DNA from: a virus
Length of the DNA: 64,000 nt
IMG/VR virus record: IMGVR_UViG_3300030104_004631
Coordinates: 1 to 64,000 of that record
Direction: 5' to 3' (one strand)
In this document: positions 60,898 to 64,000 of the stretch, one piece after another
How the letters are laid out: each line of letters begins with the position of its first letter
Position numbering within the stretch: position 1 is the stretch's first letter
Notes under the pieces: generated by a model
What the model was told of the DNA's origin: nothing
Database searches by the model: none
Seen by the model: only the letters and a program-made list of their open reading frames with translations
Position numbers and translations under genes: made by a program

Positions 60898-61563
60898 ATG
60901 AGGACGACAATTCATTATGTTAACGCTCAACATAAGAGATTTGATGATTCGTTAGTGCGACAAAGTGATTTAGATGATGATCGTTTTGTCTATAGTCAAT
61001 GTCCAGTTTATAATCATAAATCTAATAGAGTTTTTATAGGAACTTCTCCTATTGATTTTGAACTTGAAATAGATAGAACTCAGAATATTATTAGATGTTC
61101 TGATGATACTTTGATAGAGGGTGATGATGAACACTTCAACTCACCACGACCAGTTGTTCAATTAACGTTTCCAAGATTTTTATTTTGGACACACGATGAT
61201 GATGTTTGGTTGGAATTTAATGATCATCCAATGACATCATTAAGGAATAATTTTATTGCTCTAGGTGGGTGGTTTAATTTATCTAATTGGTCAAGAAATT
61301 CGAGTCTGGCTATTACTCTTGTTGATGAGAGAAAACCTGTTATAATAAAGAAAGGGGATCCTCTTTTTAGAGTGTCGTTTTATCCTTCTGATTTAAATAA
61401 GCAAATTAATTTATCACAAGAAAAAGATCCAACTAAAATAGATTATGCTTGGGATGAATATATAAAGAAACAACATATAGGTCAACAAGATAAAACTTGG
61501 AAACCTAAATTATTTTCAGAAACTGGTGAAAGTAAATGTCCTTTTAGTTTTTTATTTAAATGA
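60898..61563 (+). CDS. Hypothetical protein (221 aa), cyanophage accessory type
   Basis: ORF abuts both neighbours; QCP...SP.DF...G.FNL..W.R...IKKGDPL pattern. Confidence 0.75.
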   Translation: MRTTIHYVNAQHKRFDDSLVRQSDLDDDRFVYSQCPVYNHKSNRVFIGTSPIDFELEIDRTQNIIRCSDDTLIEGDDEHFNSPRPVVQLTFPRFLFWTHDDDVWLEFNDHPMTSLRNNFIALGGWFNLSNWSRNSSLAITLVDERKPVIIKKGDPLFRVSFYPSDLNKQINLSQEKDPTKIDYAWDEYIKKQHIGQQDKTWKPKLFSETGESKCPFSFLFK

Positions 61564-63212
61564 GCACAAATCAGGAACAGTATCTTGGTAATCCTAATTT
61601 AAAGAAAGCGAACGTTGCCACAAATTTTACTCCTGATGAAGTTCAAGAGTATATTAAATGTTCTGAGGATCCAGTATATTTTATTCAAACTTATATCAAG
61701 ATTGTTTCTCTTGATAGGGGTTTGATTCCATTTGCCATGTATGATTTTCAATCAGAAATGGTTGAGAAATTTCATGACAATAGATTCAACATAGCAAAGT
61801 TGCCTCGTCAGACTGGTAAATCGACTATCGTTACTTCATATCTGCTTTGGTATGTTCTTTTTAAAGCGAATGTCAATGTCGCAATTCTAGCAAACAAAGC
61901 AGCAACTTCTCGTGAGATGCTGCAACGACTACAATTATCTTATGAAAACCTCCCAAAGTGGCTCCAGCAAGGAATCCTCCAATGGAACCGAGGCAGTCTG
62001 GAATTGGAGAATGGAAGTAAAATCATGGCTGCTTCTACTTCGTCTAGTGCTGTGCGGGGTATGTCGTTTAATGTTATATTTCTGGACGAATTCGCTTTCG
62101 TTCCGAATCATATCGCTGATCAGTTCTTTAGTTCTGTATATCCTACTATCTCATCTGGTAAATCTACCAAGGTTATCATCATTAGTACACCTCATGGGAT
62201 GAACATGTTCTACAAACTCTGGCATGATGCGGAGAGAGGTAAGAACGAATACATCCCAACTGAGGTTCATTGGTCTGCTGTTCCTGGTAGAGATGCAGCA
62301 TGGAAAGATCAAACTATTGCTAACACGTCAGAGCAACAGTTTAAAGTTGAGTTTGAGTGTGAGTTTCTAGGATCTGTTGACACATTGATCAGTCCTAGTA
62401 AGTTGAGGACTATGCCTTATGAAGATCCTATCATACAAAATAGAGGTCTTGCGGTATATAAACAAGTAGAAGAAGATCATAATTATATTGTAACTGTTGA
62501 CGTTGCTCGTGGTGTAAGTCAAGATTACTCAGCGTTCTGTGTTATTGATACTACAACAGTACCATATGAACTCGTTGCTAAGTATAGAAATAATGATATC
62601 AAACCTATTATCTTCCCTAATGTTATTGTAGATGTAGCGAAAAACTATAATAATGCTTACGTATTATGTGAGGTAAATGATATTGGTGGTCAGGTTGCAG
62701 ATATTATTCAATTTGATCTTGAGTATGAAAATTTACTACAAGTTGCTATGAGAGGAAGGGCAGGACAGCAATTAGGACAGGGATTCTCAGGTAAGAAAAC
62801 TCAACTTGGTGTAAAGATGAGTACTGCTGTCAAAGCAGTTGGTTGTTCTAATCTTAAAGCATTATTAGAAGAAGATAAATTAATAATCAAAGATTATGAT
62901 ACGATTGCAGAACTAACTACATTTATTGTAAAGGGACAATCCTTTGCCGCAGAAGACGGATGTAATGATGACCTAGCAATGTGTCTAGTTATTTTTTCGT
63001 GGATGGCAATGCAAGAATTTTTTAAAGAGTTGCATGACAATGATGTAAGGCAACGTATTTACGATGATCAAAGAGAAAATATTGAACAAGACATGGCTCC
63101 CTTTGGTTTTATATCAGATGGATTAGAGGATGATCATATCATCGATGCTCAAGGAGAAAGATGGGAGATTGCGGAATACGGGGATAAGTCCTACATGTGG
63201 GAGTTTAGGTAA
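61560..63212 (+). CDS. gp17: Terminase large subunit gp17
   Basis: YLGNPNLK, Walker A LPRQTGKST, Walker B IFLDEFAF, IISTPHG, TVDVARG...DYSA, DDL.MC. Confidence 0.98.
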   Translation: MSTNQEQYLGNPNLKKANVATNFTPDEVQEYIKCSEDPVYFIQTYIKIVSLDRGLIPFAMYDFQSEMVEKFHDNRFNIAKLPRQTGKSTIVTSYLLWYVLFKANVNVAILANKAATSREMLQRLQLSYENLPKWLQQGILQWNRGSLELENGSKIMAASTSSSAVRGMSFNVIFLDEFAFVPNHIADQFFSSVYPTISSGKSTKVIIISTPHGMNMFYKLWHDAERGKNEYIPTEVHWSAVPGRDAAWKDQTIANTSEQQFKVEFECEFLGSVDTLISPSKLRTMPYEDPIIQNRGLAVYKQVEEDHNYIVTVDVARGVSQDYSAFCVIDTTTVPYELVAKYRNNDIKPIIFPNVIVDVAKNYNNAYVLCEVNDIGGQVADIIQFDLEYENLLQVAMRGRAGQQLGQGFSGKKTQLGVKMSTAVKAVGCSNLKALLEEDKLIIKDYDTIAELTTFIVKGQSFAAEDGCNDDLAMCLVIFSWMAMQEFFKELHDNDVRQRIYDDQRENIEQDMAPFGFISDGLEDDHIIDAQGERWEIAEYGDKSYMWEFR

Positions 63213-63223
63213 CGTTTCAAAAA

Positions 63224-63231
63224 TATAAATA
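63224..63231 (+). promoter_or_regulatory. T4-type late promoter TATAAATA
   Basis: Perfect consensus between gp17 and gp18; AGGAG RBS follows. Confidence 0.85.
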
Positions 63232-63277
63232 ATCTTAGACAACCGATGTTGACATCATTTCCTAGGAGTATATAAAC

Positions 63278-64000
63278 ATGGCAGCAAATCAATCATCGCC
63301 AGGTGTAGTGATACAGGAGAGAGACCTGACTACTATTACCACGCTCTCTACCGCAAACATTGGCGTAATTGCGGCACCATTTGAGCAAGGTCCAGTTGAA
63401 GAAATAGTAAATATTTCTAATGAGAGAAATCTTACAGACGTATTTGGGAAACCAAATGACAATAACTATGAGTACTGGTATACTGCTGCTCAGTTTCTTT
63501 CATATGGTGGTGTCCTTAAGACAGTTCGTGTAACTTCAACTTCATTGAAGAATGGTGTTGACACTGGAACTGCACCTCTAATCAAGAATTTTCAAGACTA
63601 CGAAACAAACTACGAGACTGCAAACAATAACTGGACTTGGGCATCAAAAACTCCTGGTACTAAAGGTAATTCAATCGGTATATTTGTAACAGACGCTGGT
63701 GCTGATCAGATCGCTGTTCTCCCTGCTCCTGGTTCAGGTAACGAACATGAATTTGTTGCTGATGCTGCATTAACTGCTGCTTCTGGTGCTGCTGGTAAAG
63801 TCTTCAAGTATAGCATCGTTCTTACTGTAGACACTGTTGTTGGTGATTTTACTCCTGGTACTGCTACTACAATTAGTATTGGTGGTTCTGATGAGTCAGT
63901 AAATGTTCTCGCATGGGATCCTGCTAATAAGAAATTAGAAATTGGTCTTCCTTCTGGTGGTGTTACTGGTATTCTTTCAGATAACCAAGTAATTACTCAG
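63278..64000 (+). CDS. gp18: Tail sheath protein gp18, 3'-truncated by the window
   Basis: MAANQSSPGVVIQERDLT...F..GPVEE....E..L...FGKP...NYEYW.TAAQFLSYGG.L..VR; open to the window end. Confidence 0.95.
   Translation, partial: MAANQSSPGVVIQERDLTTITTLSTANIGVIAAPFEQGPVEEIVNISNERNLTDVFGKPNDNNYEYWYTAAQFLSYGGVLKTVRVTSTSLKNGVDTGTAPLIKNFQDYETNYETANNNWTWASKTPGTKGNSIGIFVTDAGADQIAVLPAPGSGNEHEFVADAALTAASGAAGKVFKYSIVLTVDTVVGDFTPGTATTISIGGSDESVNVLAWDPANKKLEIGLPSGGVTGILSDNQVITQ

Noticed and set aside
61560-63212. Intein or intron in the terminase
   Set aside because: 550 aa with contiguous ATPase and nuclease motifs; no splicing or homing-endonuclease motifs
1-64000. tRNA or rRNA genes
   Set aside because: Intergenic gaps are short and none showed a cloverleaf or T-loop motif by eye; tRNAscan-SE would confirm

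Overview
This 64 kb window comes from an AT-rich T4-like marine cyanomyovirus (Prochlorococcus/Synechococcus-type; inferred from gene order and content). Essentially all coding is on the + strand. It carries the late virion-morphogenesis block: PAAR spike tip, gp25, gp6, a giant 7003-aa gp7-like wedge protein, a gp9-like protein, a YHYH-like structural protein, gp8, a DUF4815/VrlC-like protein, a 2205-aa fibre, gp13-gp16, gp17 and the start of gp18. An ~8.2 kb accessory island separates gp16 from gp17 and holds purM, a flavin-dependent halogenase-like gene, an SNase-like nuclease and small membrane or lipoprotein genes. Main novelty candidates: (1) a late-promoter locus (53.3-56.4 kb) that looks like capsid-packaged cargo, with a SAM-lyase-like domain behind a T4 capsid-targeting-like motif, followed by a polyprotein of basic peptides separated by prohead-protease-like x-x-E sites; (2) nested, circularly permuted in-frame domain insertions in gp7 and the fibre, with one module shared between two genes; (3) amicyanin-type copper-ligand motifs in baseplate proteins; (4) an NtcA-like palindrome overlapping a sigma70-type promoter. 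All family assignments are from motif recognition by eye; no searches were run.
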